Source of the DNA: Rhizodiscina lignyota
Lineage: Eukaryota
Direction: 5' to 3'
Assembly: GCA_010015805.1 (NCBI GenBank)
Contig: ML978123.1
Location: 620,001-684,000, forward strand
Length of the DNA: 64,000 nt
Shown here: positions 23,963 through 36,344 of the stretch, piece by piece
How the letters are laid out: each line of letters starts with the position of its first letter
How positions within the stretch are numbered: position 1 is the stretch's first letter
Notes under the pieces: model-generated
Databases searched by the model: none
Told to the model about the DNA's origin: nothing
Seen by the model: the letters and a program-made list of their open reading frames with translations, nothing else
Program-made: the position numbers and the translations under genes

Positions 23963-26164
23963 TCAATCAACTCCCTCGGTAAACCTACTTCCCCTGCTGC
24001 CATCGAAGCTCGGATGGCTTCTTCCTAGTGTTCCCCTGGGTGGGCTTGTCGGGCTTCCAGGCGGCGTGTCTCCCGAAGGAGGAGCGCCCGTGCCGTGACC
24101 GACTCCTGGAGCCGGTGTACTTCGTCCTGCGCCTCCTGCTGCTGCTGGGCCAAGCGGTGGCGGGGCGTGATGGACTGTTGGTGTGCGTGCAGGACTTGGC
24201 ATCAGTTGTTCGCGTTCTGATGCAGCCGTGCCAGTGCCCAGACGAAAAGACGCCGCTCCTGCTGCCGCCGCACCCGGGTAGATTTGACTGATGGTGTCCA
24301 TGCTGTATGCACTCGATGGGTAGCGCGGCCCGCTTGACGAAGGTGCCGTCGCCGTCATCGTTGGACCACTACTTGATGTTCCAGGTGGGACGGCCGTAGT
24401 AGTAGCACTGATGGTGCTGTCGCGGAACCAATCCCTCTTTTCCGTAGCGATGTCGTCGTCTGAGCTACTGGCGCCTTGGAATGGCCCTCCTGCCGCAGTA
24501 GACGGAGCTCCAATATCCCTCTCTTTGCCAAGGTCTTTCTCTTTAGCACCTTCAAGTTCGGAGCCAGCTGCATCGGCAGGTCCAGCGAGTGCAGCAGCTT
24601 CTCCGCTCATCAGAGGTACACCACCAGGACCAAGGGCGGGCGAGAACTCGCTTTCCATTTTCTGGCCGTACCCGACCCTTTGGAAACCCCTTTCCTGTTG
24701 CGGAGGCTCCGGCTCCGGATGTCTTGATAGGCGGCTGAAGAGACCCATTGCTGCTGCGGGAAAGAATGTGGTGCTGCGCTGCGTCATTGTGCTCGATGGC
24801 TGCGGAGGGTCGTTGAAAGGATCCTCCGGTCCAAGTGCGCCAGCGCTTCGTGCGGTTCCTCCAATGCCACCTGCACCCCTGCGCTTGTAGTATCGCAGGA
24901 AATACAAGAGAAGGAGGAGGATGAATGCGAAGCCAGCAACAGAGCCAACTACGCTGCCTGCGATCACACCAGCAGATGTTTGCTTCTGCTGAGGTGAACC
25001 GGCCACCGCAGTTCCATTGCCTGGAGCTGAAGATGATGTAGGAGCAGCAGATGGAGCAGGCGAGCCACCGGCACCTGGAATGATAGCAGGAGCGAGAGTG
25101 CTAGTCGAATTTGACGACGACGAGTGAGTGCTCGATGACGTACGCGATGAATGAGAGTGTTTCGATGTAGTTGTCGTATGGCTGTGGGTGTGTGAGCGAG
25201 TGGTAGTCCTGTGTGAGGATGAATGCCTCGATGAAGTGCTGGACAAAGTGCTGGATGAGGTTGAGTTGTGGCTCTCAGTGGCTGCAATGACTGACACTGA
25301 GCCAGAGCTGGACTTGCTAGTTGCTGAAGAAGAAGTAAGTAACTGGTGGGGGTGGGTGGGAGATCAGTGCATCTTACAGATTAGAGTCGTTGTCCCATTG
25401 TTGCTGATGGACAACGTAGGATAGAGCGGCGTCGAGGTGAGTTCAAGGCCAGTGCTTGTGACGAAGCCGAATCCAGATACTGTCGTCGGAGTCGTGCTCA
25501 ACGATCCTGAGGATGTCAAACTTAATGAACTGGAGGTCGATGATCCAGATGTTGTACTGGATGAGCTGGTCGAGTTGGATCCAGGTACAGCACTGGCAGA
25601 TGATGTGGAAAGTACAGACTGTGCAGCAGAATCAACCGGCCCTGAGGTGACTGCAGACTGAGCAGGTATACTTGGCGTAGAAATTGAAGTAGAGCTGGAA
25701 GTAATTGCTGGCGTTGGCGTGATGGTTGGAGTTTGTAATGATGTACTCGAGGTTATACTTGGCGTGCTTGTGAAAGGTGTTGTTGTTGGCAGTCCGATTG
25801 GCAATGTTGTGGTAAAGGTGGCGGTCGGGGTTCCATTGGAATCAACAGCCACAGAAACGACAGCAGTGCTAAGAAGCGTGACATCGGCCGTGACTTCAGT
25901 CGTGGCTTCGGTCTGCCTGCGATAATGCGGGTGTGGGGCTCTTGCTATGCCTGCCATGACTGGATCTTGCTGCAGAGCAAACAAACTCCGGCGCTCTTCA
26001 CTCTGCTCCTCCGCCTCCACCTCCCTCTCTTCGACAAGATCGTTGGGTTGAGCATCTCTAGGCTTGATATTCCTAGACTCACGGCGGCGAGAATCAAACT
26101 TCGAGCTTCGCTGTCGTTTGGGGCTATATTCCATTGCCGGGATCCCACGCAACCGCTTACACAT
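23963..26164 (-). CDS. Single-pass membrane protein with Ser/Thr-rich N-terminal region (Mid2/Skg6-like cell-surface sensor type); intron 25324-25377
   Basis: Long S/T-rich tract, then TM AGVIAGSVVGSVAGFAFILLLLLYFL followed by RYYKRR, and a low-complexity tail ending GSRFTEGVD. The start codon is uncertain (26164 or 26134). Confidence 0.7.
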
Positions 26165-29164
26165 CCCCCAGTCTCCGTGTTTTCGCTGGGCCGTGGCCAG
26201 ACGACTGGTGGTTTTGGGGTGAGGAGCGCTGCGCAGTATCTGTTGCTGTTACTTGAGGTTTGCTGACTATTGTGCGGTTCGGAGAATGAGCGTAATCAAG
26301 CACTTGGCGTGCGGTCGGGTTCAAATTAGGTCGTGTCGCGAGCGAACGAGGATTGCTGAATGAGCGGACGTCTTCTCTGAAGCGAAAGTGGTGGTGATCC
26401 AGTCGATGGAAAGGATTGTGGTGGCCGTCGGCACAGCTACGCTGCAGCTGGAATATACGAAAAATGAACGGACGCCAAACGACGCTGGATCGCTGGCAGG
26501 ATAGCTGAATGATAGCTGGCGGATCTGTGGACGCCGCAGCGGAGCGCGTTAGTGCTAACTCGAACGCGAAGTGGTGAAGGTGGAATTGGCAGCCGCGGCG
26601 CTGGAGTGCGCCGGCGGAGGAGCAGACGTCAACATCACGTACCTCTCTAAGACCACGAAAGCATCCGCCAGACCTTACTCCAAGTGGCCGGGAGGAAGGG
26701 ACGATTCAATTACACGCTCCACGAGCGTATTTCGTGCGTGGTGTGTGTTTGCGGCAGGGCAGAGCGGCGGCGAGCACGTCGTGCAACACCAGCGGGCCGT
26801 GGGTGATGTGAGCGAAGGGAAGGGGGAGGTGCTGCGATGCCTCCGTCCGTGTGCTGGAGCTGCGCGTCAATTGCAGACGCCCATACTGGAGTCGGCCGTC
26901 GCTTTTCACCTCGACTTCCTCTGGCCGGTCAACGACGTCGCGGCGGAGGTCGTTTGCATGCGCCTGAGATGCGCAGGCGGGCGTGCTTGGGGAGTGAAGA
27001 AGTGAGCAGAGTTGGCCTAAGGCCTTCGCGGTCGAGCAGGCCGGTGGATCAGCGCGCAGGGCTCCCCCAGCGCGCGCCCGCGGGATCGTGCGCTCGACTG
27101 GCTTGCTGAGGCTTGCTTAGCCCGTCTCTGGGGCCACACTGGCCTCCCCTCGCGCAGCCCACGAGCGCGCAGATGTGAAATGAAACGCCCGCCCAATCAC
27201 CGCCCGCGCCGCCAGGCCTGACACTCGAGCAGCGATCTCTGTTCAATACACCATGAATTCGCCGGCCAGCGAATGGCGAGGTGCCAGCGCGCGCGTTTGC
27301 GCAAGACAGCGTCGACGCTTCGAGAAGGCCGGGCGAAGGTTGGTGGGCGCACAATGCCCTCACGCCTTCCATTGACAGGCACTGATGCATCTTCTGCAGG
27401 AACGTCCGGGCAATTCTATCCGCCAAGCGCCATACACGGGAGAGAAGCAGCCTGCGGAAGACCTGCGGTAGTCTGCCTAAGGCCAGACGTGCTGTTGCAG
27501 CCCGCCCACGCCTCGTCGCCCACTGGTTCGGGGCATCCTTGCTGGCAAAAGAAAGCACTTGTGCGTGAGAAACGGGCCATCGTCACTAGTGACCGCGCAG
27601 CGGGCAGGGGAGCTTCTGTCGTATTCTCAGCGTCGCGACCTTCGTTCGGTACCGTTCACCGTTCTGCATGCATTGGACTGGCAGCTCAATTATTGACTGA
27701 CAGCCGGCCTCGACCATTCAGAAAAATTCTCGCGGACGAACGCATGTCAGTCGCCGTCGCTTCTGGCGGGAGCGCATGCAAGACGCTGAGCCTTGACTTG
27801 TCGCAGTACGAGACAGACGTGCCCGCTAAGACGTCGCAGGCCTCCATCAGTTCGCAGGGAGGAATTTTCTCCGGCCAAATCTTACGCGATGGAAGCTCTT
27901 GAACGTCTCCACATAATCTAATCTCACACGTCCAACGATCACAGATGCTGCCACGACGCCCAGGCTGGAGATAAGGCGCGTCCTTACATCTCATAAGAGT
28001 CAAGACGGCGTCTTGGACGTTCACGATGCAAATTCAAGAGCATGAAAGACTGCCTGAGGCCATCGGCCCCACTTCGCAGAATCTATAAGCATCGTCGGTA
28101 TTTCTGTGAATGAAAACCTCCGTTCTGCATGGTTGGCAAGCAAGAACGGCGCATGACGCACGCTTCATTGCTTTCTATTCTCATCTGGTGAGGATCAGTC
28201 GAGTGAAGTGCTCATCTCCTTCCTTAACTGTGACGCTGATTTGGAACACTCGCTGAGTGCGGAAATGTCTCTGAGACTCGCCCGCCTGGTTACACTGCGG
28301 CTCTTTTCAAATATACCTGAAACAGTCCATCAACGCAAGGCTGAAGACCAGCTCGCCTGCAATTGCCGGCCTAACGAACGGAAGAACTGGCGCTTTTTAT
28401 CCAACGGATGATTCAAATCCAGCTGCTTGTTCTGTCTGCACTGCATGCTGAAATGTGAGCAGACGGTACGAGCCCTCCGAAGTCCGCTGCTTACACCACC
28501 TTCCGCTGCTCTGGTTTGCGTTGTAACTTCCAAAAACGTGCGATGCAACTCTACCTATTCGATAGTTTAGCTTCCGATCGAGTCAGAACTAGTCTAGACT
28601 TCTCCGGCATGGTGCGAGCCGCTGGAAAGTCCAAATAGCCGAGATCCTTACCATGCGGCATGCCTGATATTGCGCAATGTCCGTCCCTTGTCGCCGTGAA
28701 TATGGCACATTTTATGAGAGAGCGGCTGGAAATAAGTTATAATAGACTCATTTGAGAACTGACTCGAACAACATGAAGATGTGGTCAATCTAAGGAAATT
28801 TACCGGCACACGGTACATAAGTTAGTGTTGTTCAGCAATTTCGCTTGGGAGCTTTTTGAGATGATATTGGCTTTGAATATCTATTGTAGTTTACCACCGA
28901 ACTCATTTCCTTCCACGTGAGAGAAATTACTGCTCGTTACATTTCGAATAACAGTCCGTCGGAAGGAAGATATGTGCCGCACTGGATGACAAATTATTGG
29001 AGATTTTGGTGACAGCCTATAACTGTACTAAAAGTAACCAATTTTAACAATAGCCCGAGATCGATGAAGTATCTCATATCAATCCTGATGCCCAGCTTCC
29101 GAAATTTGAAGGCTAGAAAGCATTGACAGGTCTGTCCAGTCGCGCATTCCTCCGCGTCTCGTCG

Positions 29165-31629
29165 TTAAAAAATGCGAACTGTTCTCCTCTCCATCCAGTA
29201 CGACGGTTCTTCTTCTTCCAGAGACCAGGTTCCACAAATACCCACGCGCTCAAAATAGTCTTGGTGCCTTTGAACAATAAGAAAAAAAATATCCGTACCA
29301 ATTGATCTTTTCTTCGCGACCAGAAGGAGCTGGAGATCTCCCTGTTCAATCATATGCCACAATGCTGTCCGATCTTGCGGGCCGCGGGATAGATAGCAGT
29401 CGGCAGAAGCGACCCAATCCTCTGCTGGATGAACCACATTGACGTCTAAGAGCAAACCTCTGGGGTATCTGGTACTGTCTGATGGATATGTTTTCGGCTG
29501 GCTTATGATTCGGTGAACATCTTCCAGTTGCATCGGCGAATGTGATTCGAATATAAAACGTATATCGTAGGCTAGGCATTCGACTCTTTTGACTTCCCTG
29601 AGTTCTACTTCGCCATCCCAACCTGCCCAGGACCACGACGGAAACGAGGCTTTGTCAGACTTAGAAATCTCTGAGCTCCTTCGATATTGTCTTATTTCTT
29701 TGGGAGTTCCAATAGGCCTTGGTTCACGTTCGTTCTCCCAGTGATACCATAGTAGTCCGTTGATTATTTCAAGACCATCGTCATCCGACTCACCCTGATA
29801 ATACGGAACGCCCCAAAGCTCGTATATCGGCACCGATTTGTGTCTCTTAAAGTCTCTCATGATGCCAGCAAAAGCATTCAATCTATCCTCAAAAAATGAG
29901 AGTTCTTTCTTAGAGTACTCAGCCAGCAGTCGGCTGAAGTTGTCCAGTTTCCTCCCAGTACCCACAATTGGTGGATATTCTGAAGGTGAATGGGGGGCGG
30001 AATAATCATGGCTCTGCATTACTTCGTATGACGATAATATCCCCTCCATGAGCTTTGATTCAACAGCGCTCTGGCCCTTTCCGTGAATGAGGTCCATATC
30101 GCATTCCAAACTTTCGGAGCAGCTCAAAGTATTGCACTCGAAATACACGTCACTCTTCGCGAACACCAGCCGTCGCCGTGAAAAGAGTGCTTCTTGGAAA
30201 GTCCACCCCCTTCTGGCCCAAGGAGAATTTGGCATTGTGTTAGCCAAATGCATGGAGGAGACAATGCTGAAGTTCCCACACGTCACAACCGGTTGGCGTG
30301 TCCTTAAGGTACCGTTAACGCCAGGGAGTCCACTGTGGCAATCGTCTCCGTCTAAAGCAACGATTGTGAGCTCTGCGGCTTGGTATATGCTATCCATTTG
30401 GCTTATTTGGTTGTGTCTCTCTTCGATGTTATTTTGATCGATGCAGTACTTATCGACCTGTTACCACATAGCGAGTATTAGCGAGCTCTCAAACTAGGGA
30501 TTTGTTCGAATATGCTCACCCAAAGATACCGATATCCTAATGACAATGTAGCAACTACTGCATCTTGAATCGTTCTTGGAGGTCTTTCAAAGCGGAAGAC
30601 ATCCCGATTTTGTTCTGTTTGAATTTCGGGGTCATTACTATCTTGTTTACCCCAAACGTAACTAAGAGCCACGTAGGATGCCATTTCAGGGGCAGCTACA
30701 ATAGAGCGCGAGTCGCAATCGATTAGTTTCAGACTGGGTAATGGACGTTCATTAGTCTTGCACGGCGTATGAATTGAGATACATCCGTTCAACCAAGATT
30801 TGAGTTGGAGGAAATCGACCTGCTCCCCAATAATCCGGGGGTTGAAGAGCTTTCGATCTATGCGGTCGTTCTTTACGAGGAACAAGCACCCAGCCTCTCT
30901 ATATTGAGCTCTGAAGTAGAAAGGGTCGATAGACCGTGGAGTAACCCCCAAGCAGATCCTATCGTTTTGGAGATCCTCTGCTGCGTTCATGAGGCGTTCT
31001 GGGTAAATGAACGCCCGAAGTCCGTAGTTTTGATCGTGGTCTTGGACCTCCACAGTACGTGAGAGATGCAGCATATCACAAAGAGGACACCCATTCAATG
31101 ATGCACTGTTGCAGCGGGTGCCGAGTTCAGCGACCATAATTCCGGCTGTGGGTATGGATTCCACTCGAATGTGATTAGCATCCATATTGAGGGCCCGTTG
31201 AAAGTTGATTCGCCGACACTGCTCGCAGATGTTTTGGTCCCAGAGCATCTGTCCCTCGTCCACTGTCAGGCTTGACGTTGTGTTATCAATACTGTCGCCT
31301 TGGGCCGCCGTCGTCATGGTGCCTATCGGTTTTGTCATTCTGTCTGCAGCAGTAGCTGGTGCGACGAAGCCGTCTCCGCTAGCTTCCAGGCCTGAAAGTG
31401 GTGATGCATCTACTGATGACCCCTGAGACTCGTCTTGCTGCGCGGTGACGACCAAGGGCAATGTGTAGACAAGGCTGAGGTGGTAGTGGAGGTACCTACG
31501 TTTGCAGAGAGTCTGCGCTATTCCTGTTTTGGATGAGAGAAGGCCTAAAGGAATTCTTAGGTTAGAAGTGTTTCCTTCGACTTTTATTTCATTATTAGGT
31601 ATTCCATCTGAATATATTTGCTTCCTCAT
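29165..31629 (-). CDS. HET-domain (heterokaryon incompatibility) protein; intron 30458-30519; start uncertain (could be near 31338 or 31317)
   Basis: LKLIDC, YVALSYVWG, PRTIQDA, YRYLW|VDKYCIDQ, MDSIYQAAELTIVA, GLPGV, WARRGWTFQE..FSRRRLVF and FPSWSWAGW. Confidence 0.9.
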
Positions 31630-31777
31630 ACATCCTCCTACCTTATCACTCTCAATGATGCACCAATAACCAATTATGATAAGTTTCAGAGGCTGTATGT
31701 CTCCAACCGCAATGACTTAAAGCATTTCATGGGATAACATCAACTCGTTCTTGCTTCAGTATGTATCCGTTAATCAT

Positions 31778-33175
31778 CTATAGCCGACTTGAAACGTTTG
31801 CCAGTTCGGAAATCGCGCTTGCATTCGTATCGCGTAACGGCATGGTCCCCGGAGTCGACCTGAACGCCTCTTCCATGATCGCAAGACCAGCCTCCAATTC
31901 TGTCTCTGTTAGAGTGATCGGCGGCGCAATTCTGAAGACTCCACCAAAGCTCGCTATTGTTGCCAGCTGTGCCCACAGACCCAACTCAGTCATCTTCTTC
32001 GCGATTGCATTACCCAGCTCCGGTGCGCCGGCTTTAGTCTCCCGGTCTGCCACGATTTCCAGGCCAGCCATGAGACCTCGACCACGCACATCTCCGATGC
32101 AGCCGTATCGCGAGTATAGTTTACGCAATCCGGACTGAAGCTTTTCACCAAGGCCCCGCGAGCGTTCAACGAGCTCGTCTCTGACAACAACCTCAAGCAC
32201 CTTGTCGCCAACGGCAGCAGGCAGCGGGTCGTTGACGTGTGTGGTGTAGAAGAGGAAGTTGTTCTCCTTTGCGAATTCAGCAATCTTGTTGCTTGTCACG
32301 ACCGCGCTCAGCGGTAGCCCATTTCCCAAAGTCTTGCTGAGCGTCAGAATGTCCGGGACTACGCCTTCGTCTTCCGCATGATGCTGGAAGGCGAACATAT
32401 CGCCAGCCCTGCCAATACCGGTTTGTGCTTCATCAATGATCATGAGCATCCCTCTCCGCTCGCAATGTTGTTTTAACGCCTTGAGGTATCCAGGCGGCAA
32501 CTCTAGCATCCCTCCACTGCTCAGTATCGGCTCAAGGATAACCGCCGCAAACGATCCGCAAGATTGCCGATCTAATAGATCGAACCCATAGTCCAGTTCC
32601 GTTTGCCAGTCGTAAGATCCGTCTGCGTGCCGGAAAATGGAACGATATGCGTTCGGAGAAGGAAGCGCCAGATTCCCTACTGCATTCGGCCCATAACCAG
32701 CTCTTCCTGCATGGTACTGTGCACCAATTGCGCCGCTCGTCATGCCATGCCAACTCGCCGCGAGTCCCACAATTTCAAACTTTCCGGTGAAGAACTTGGC
32801 CAGCCGAATGGCAGCTTCGTTACTCTCTCCGCCAGTGCTCAAGAAGACGGCTTTGTCGAGGCCTGGTGGTGTCAGACTCGTCAGTCGCTTCGCGAGTGAG
32901 ATGACTGGCGGACTGATCATGCCACTGAAGAGATGATCAAGGCTCTGGGCATGGTCGTTTATTACCTGAACGATTTCAGGATGACCGTGTCCGATAAGAC
33001 AAGACATTTGTCCCGAAGTCCAGTCTAACATGCGGTGACCAGATGCGGTGTAAATGTATATCCCCTTTGCATGTGTGATTATTTCAGGATGAAATGATGT
33101 TCCATAATGTAGTAACGAAGCTTCTGCATCTTTTCGGAGTTGCTCTTCGTTGATGTGAGAATAGCGTGGAGACAT
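31778..33175 (-). CDS. dgdA: 2,2-dialkylglycine decarboxylase (PLP-dependent, class III aminotransferase fold)
   Basis: DWTSGQMS, LDHLFSGM, STGGESNEAA, SWHGMT, EPILSSGG, DEAQTG, TLSKTLG (PLP Lys) and FRIAPP are characteristic of DGD. Intronless; ends in SRL. Confidence 0.85.
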   Translation of the reverse strand: MSPRYSHINEEQLRKDAEASLLHYGTSFHPEIITHAKGIYIYTASGHRMLDWTSGQMSCLIGHGHPEIVQVINDHAQSLDHLFSGMISPPVISLAKRLTSLTPPGLDKAVFLSTGGESNEAAIRLAKFFTGKFEIVGLAASWHGMTSGAIGAQYHAGRAGYGPNAVGNLALPSPNAYRSIFRHADGSYDWQTELDYGFDLLDRQSCGSFAAVILEPILSSGGMLELPPGYLKALKQHCERRGMLMIIDEAQTGIGRAGDMFAFQHHAEDEGVVPDILTLSKTLGNGLPLSAVVTSNKIAEFAKENNFLFYTTHVNDPLPAAVGDKVLEVVVRDELVERSRGLGEKLQSGLRKLYSRYGCIGDVRGRGLMAGLEIVADRETKAGAPELGNAIAKKMTELGLWAQLATIASFGGVFRIAPPITLTETELEAGLAIMEEAFRSTPGTMPLRDTNASAISELANVSSRL

Positions 33176-33375
33176 TGAAATAGAAGAGATGCGACGATAA
33201 CTGATGAATTACGAAAGGGGATCTATGAAATGCAGGTAAATAGGCCTTTTAACCTTAGACACAACTTATCTATATATTGCAAATGTTAAAACCTATTTTC
33301 ATGGGCCAGTTTTAGCGCTCGGTCGTCGGAAGCTTTAACGTTGCTAGGAAAGTATCTCCAGGCGGAATGGTTGCA

Positions 33376-33424
33376 GCCCATATGGGCCAAGGCAATCTTT
33401 GTCATATGTACTCCGTACGGAGTA
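33376..33424. promoter_or_regulatory. Two perfect palindromes upstream of the DGD gene
   Basis: GCCCATATGGGC (33376-33387) and TACTCCGTACGGAGTA (33409-33424) seen directly. Confidence 0.5.
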
Positions 33425-33690
33425 ACGTCACCGCAATTGAATCAATCGTGGACATTCTTTCGGTAGCTCCAGCTTTATCTCCATGCCTCTTGCAGGATGG
33501 CTACTTCACTTGTGTCCAGGCCGCAAGGGGATAATGCAATAGAATGTGTCGAAATAAAGGCGTTACTGCACCAGGTCCGCTCGCTATCATCACGGTGTGA
33601 CTACATTGGCAAGACCACATGGAATTATTCATAATTATCTCTTCCGAGTCAATCCCTTCAATAGATACTTGCAATGAACGCACTATCTCG

Positions 33691-36344
33691 TCATTTCAGT
33701 CCCTCATTCCTCTTCACACTTAAAAACGTCAAACTCCACAGCTGCCGAATATCGCTCTCCGTCGGGCTCTGCCCCGGAGGCGGCGGCAGCGAACCCAGCG
33801 CAAACTGCTCGAACTTGCCATCCCGATACTGCCAGCTCCAGACCTCCTGGCTCAACTGGTTGCTATTCGCATCGATCAGATCCCAGAGATGGTTATATGC
33901 GCCTTTCACTTTATTGAATACCGTCGAGTCGCCGCAAAACGCTGGCTTTGACGAAGAAGAGCATCGCTCGAGCTGTCTTTCGAGACCTGCGGCCATCATA
34001 GCTAAAGGCCAGCCCCAGACAACCGTTCCGTGATACGCATTGTTCGTCCAATTGGCGGCATAAACGGGGTTGTCTCCGTAAGCTGGATTCGCAATCAGCA
34101 TCCCGACGTCTGTCGACAAACCCACTGGGAACGGATTCAAAATGTGCTCTGCCGTCTGATTCAGGAATGCGGACAGCTGATCATCGTTGGTGGTGTTCAG
34201 CAGGAAGTGGCGGAAGCAGTCATCGCTGTTCATAACACGCACCACGGACTGGCCGTTGTTCCCTTCTAGTGATAAGCCGTGAAACTTGACAGTGCCATTG
34301 ATCAGGCTCGAGTCCGAAGGGAACGGCAATTTAGAGCCAGAGACGTAGTTCTGAACCAGTGACTTTGCCTGCGAGACTGGGACGTCGACTTCAAAGAAGT
34401 GTAGCGTGTTGTCCTCCCACACTTTCGCATAACGCGCTGCGTCGTCCTTCCATGTCGGATGTTCAGGAAAGAATCCGGCCTCTGAAAGACTCGCGATCGC
34501 TCGCAAAGCAGCTGGTACAAGTGCCGTGTTCACATCATATGGGATGCGACCTCCACCGATGCCATACGTAGAGTCGCGCCATTGGCCTACGATTTGGCCC
34601 TCTTTAAGGTGGACGAGATTACCTTTCGTCTGGCCGCCAGAAGCAGCGAAAGGAGCGGATGTGTTCATAATCTTTTCGGCGGTGATGCGGGCGGTGTCTG
34701 CGTATGTGAGGCCTTTGTTGATAGTGGGGAAATACGCTGTTGCTGGACTGGACAAGAAAGATTTCGCTCGCTGCTTGCCGATGGAAGTAGCCACAAAGTA
34801 GTTGTTCATCAGCACAGGAAGGTAGTAGTCGGAGTCAACTGCAGGAGCTGTAAGCATTCGCAAGCTGAGAGGATAATTGCGTACTCACTCATCTTATAAT
34901 CACATTGATTCATGGTACTTGTGATGTTCATTTGCTTGTTCAGATAAGTGGCATAATCGCCAATGGTCTCTTCATGGCACACGCTTCCGTCTGTGCGATT
35001 GACTCGCTGGAGAGCGGCTCCGATCACCGCTTCGATTGCACCACCCTCACCCGTGCTAAGAACTGGTTGAAGCAAGAGAGTAGCAATCATGCTGTCGCGA
35101 CCAAAGTATGTGAGGAAACGCCAAGCACCGGCGAGAAGCTTATTCGTATATGACAAGAAGGAAAGTGATGTTGTCTGATCCACATTTTGCGAAATGAGCG
35201 ATTGCGAAGCTGGGTTGAGGACTTCTTGCCGAGTCAGTTGCTCAAGCTGCGGGTAGTTGAATGAGGCATTGAAGACATATGTCCCAGGATTAAAGAAGAC
35301 AGTTCTGTTATCAATTCTCATCCGATCATTGCCCGACTTCGAGGTAGGTGAAAAGGATAGAGTTGTTGTCGTTACATTGTCGAGCCAAAGCCTATCCAGA
35401 ACCACACCCCCGCCCCTGATCTCGGTGTATTTAATGGCATCCTGAATCTTCGGAACGAGGATGCTTGGACCTTCTGTAAAATCTCGGATTGTCCGGATGC
35501 TTCCAAGAATGGCGATATCCATTCTCGCAGATGAGTTGACTCGCAACAAACCACTTACGCCAACCACGGGATTCTTGCCTACTCCAGATTCGTATATCGG
35601 CATGAGCGGCTGCTGAATGGAAGTGAAATTTTCCAACCCTATTCCAAGGGAACCATTCTTGCCATTCGTAGGTTGAAGGTAGGCTAAAACGCCACTGTTG
35701 CCGGCTGGCCACGCGACCAACAATCGAGGGCCAATGATAGTCAAGTTACTGTCTGGCTGTGGAGAGGTTACGACAACCTGAGAGCTGATATTCCGGCAGT
35801 CTGAATAGAAGTAGTTCTCGTACGGAGGGTCGCTAAGCTGTAGCCGAAGAATCGCTCCGCTGGGACATGGAATTGAACCTGTTGACGAAGATGATGGAGC
35901 GCTGGCTGTTGAACTAGCTCCTGAGTTCGGAGGATATACGAGGTGGCTATCAGAGCATCTGCAGTATTTCAGTAAGAAGTCCAACATCGATTAATTGAGA
36001 CATACGAGTACATCTCCGGGAGGTAGCAATCTCTTCCGCATTTCAAAGTTGGTTCCCCATTGATCACTGGGCACAAGAAAGTGCCATAGCAGGTGTACTG
36101 CGGCTATGTTAGTGCCACTTTCGAGGGATATTCTTTTACTGCAACGTTTCTTGAGGCATTCTGAGAGTCAAAACGGGTATTGTATACTGTCTTGATTCTT
36201 TAAGCGTAGAACATTCCGTACCTTTGACGGTAAATAGAACGCATCGCCGCATGGCTTGAGGCCCTCGGCTTGAGGTGAAGCAACAGCAATATCGAAGCTG
36301 CTAAGCAGCAGAGCAGCCAAAGTCGCCTTCACCCACTGACGCAT
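33691..36344 (-). CDS. Secreted CBM52-containing six-hairpin glycosidase-like protein; introns about 36098-36221, about 35958-36005 and 34839-34888
   Basis: Signal peptide MRQWVKATLAALLLSS...; spliced CBM52-like Cys motif CGDAFYLPSK|YTCYGTFLCP..NGEPTLKCGRDCYLPEMYSC; S/T linker; catalytic-like blocks YFGRDS, HEETIGD, GRIPYDVN and YHGTVVWGW. Confidence 0.75.

Noticed and set aside
28200..28700. Possible decayed ankyrin/F-box fragments (e.g. RLLRHGAS)
   Set aside because: The matches are only a few residues amid many stops.
36098..36221. Stwintron (nested intron) in the long first intron of the CBM52 gene
   Set aside because: Two-step splicing would shift the frame, whereas a single GTACGG..CAG intron restores the CBM52 motif.
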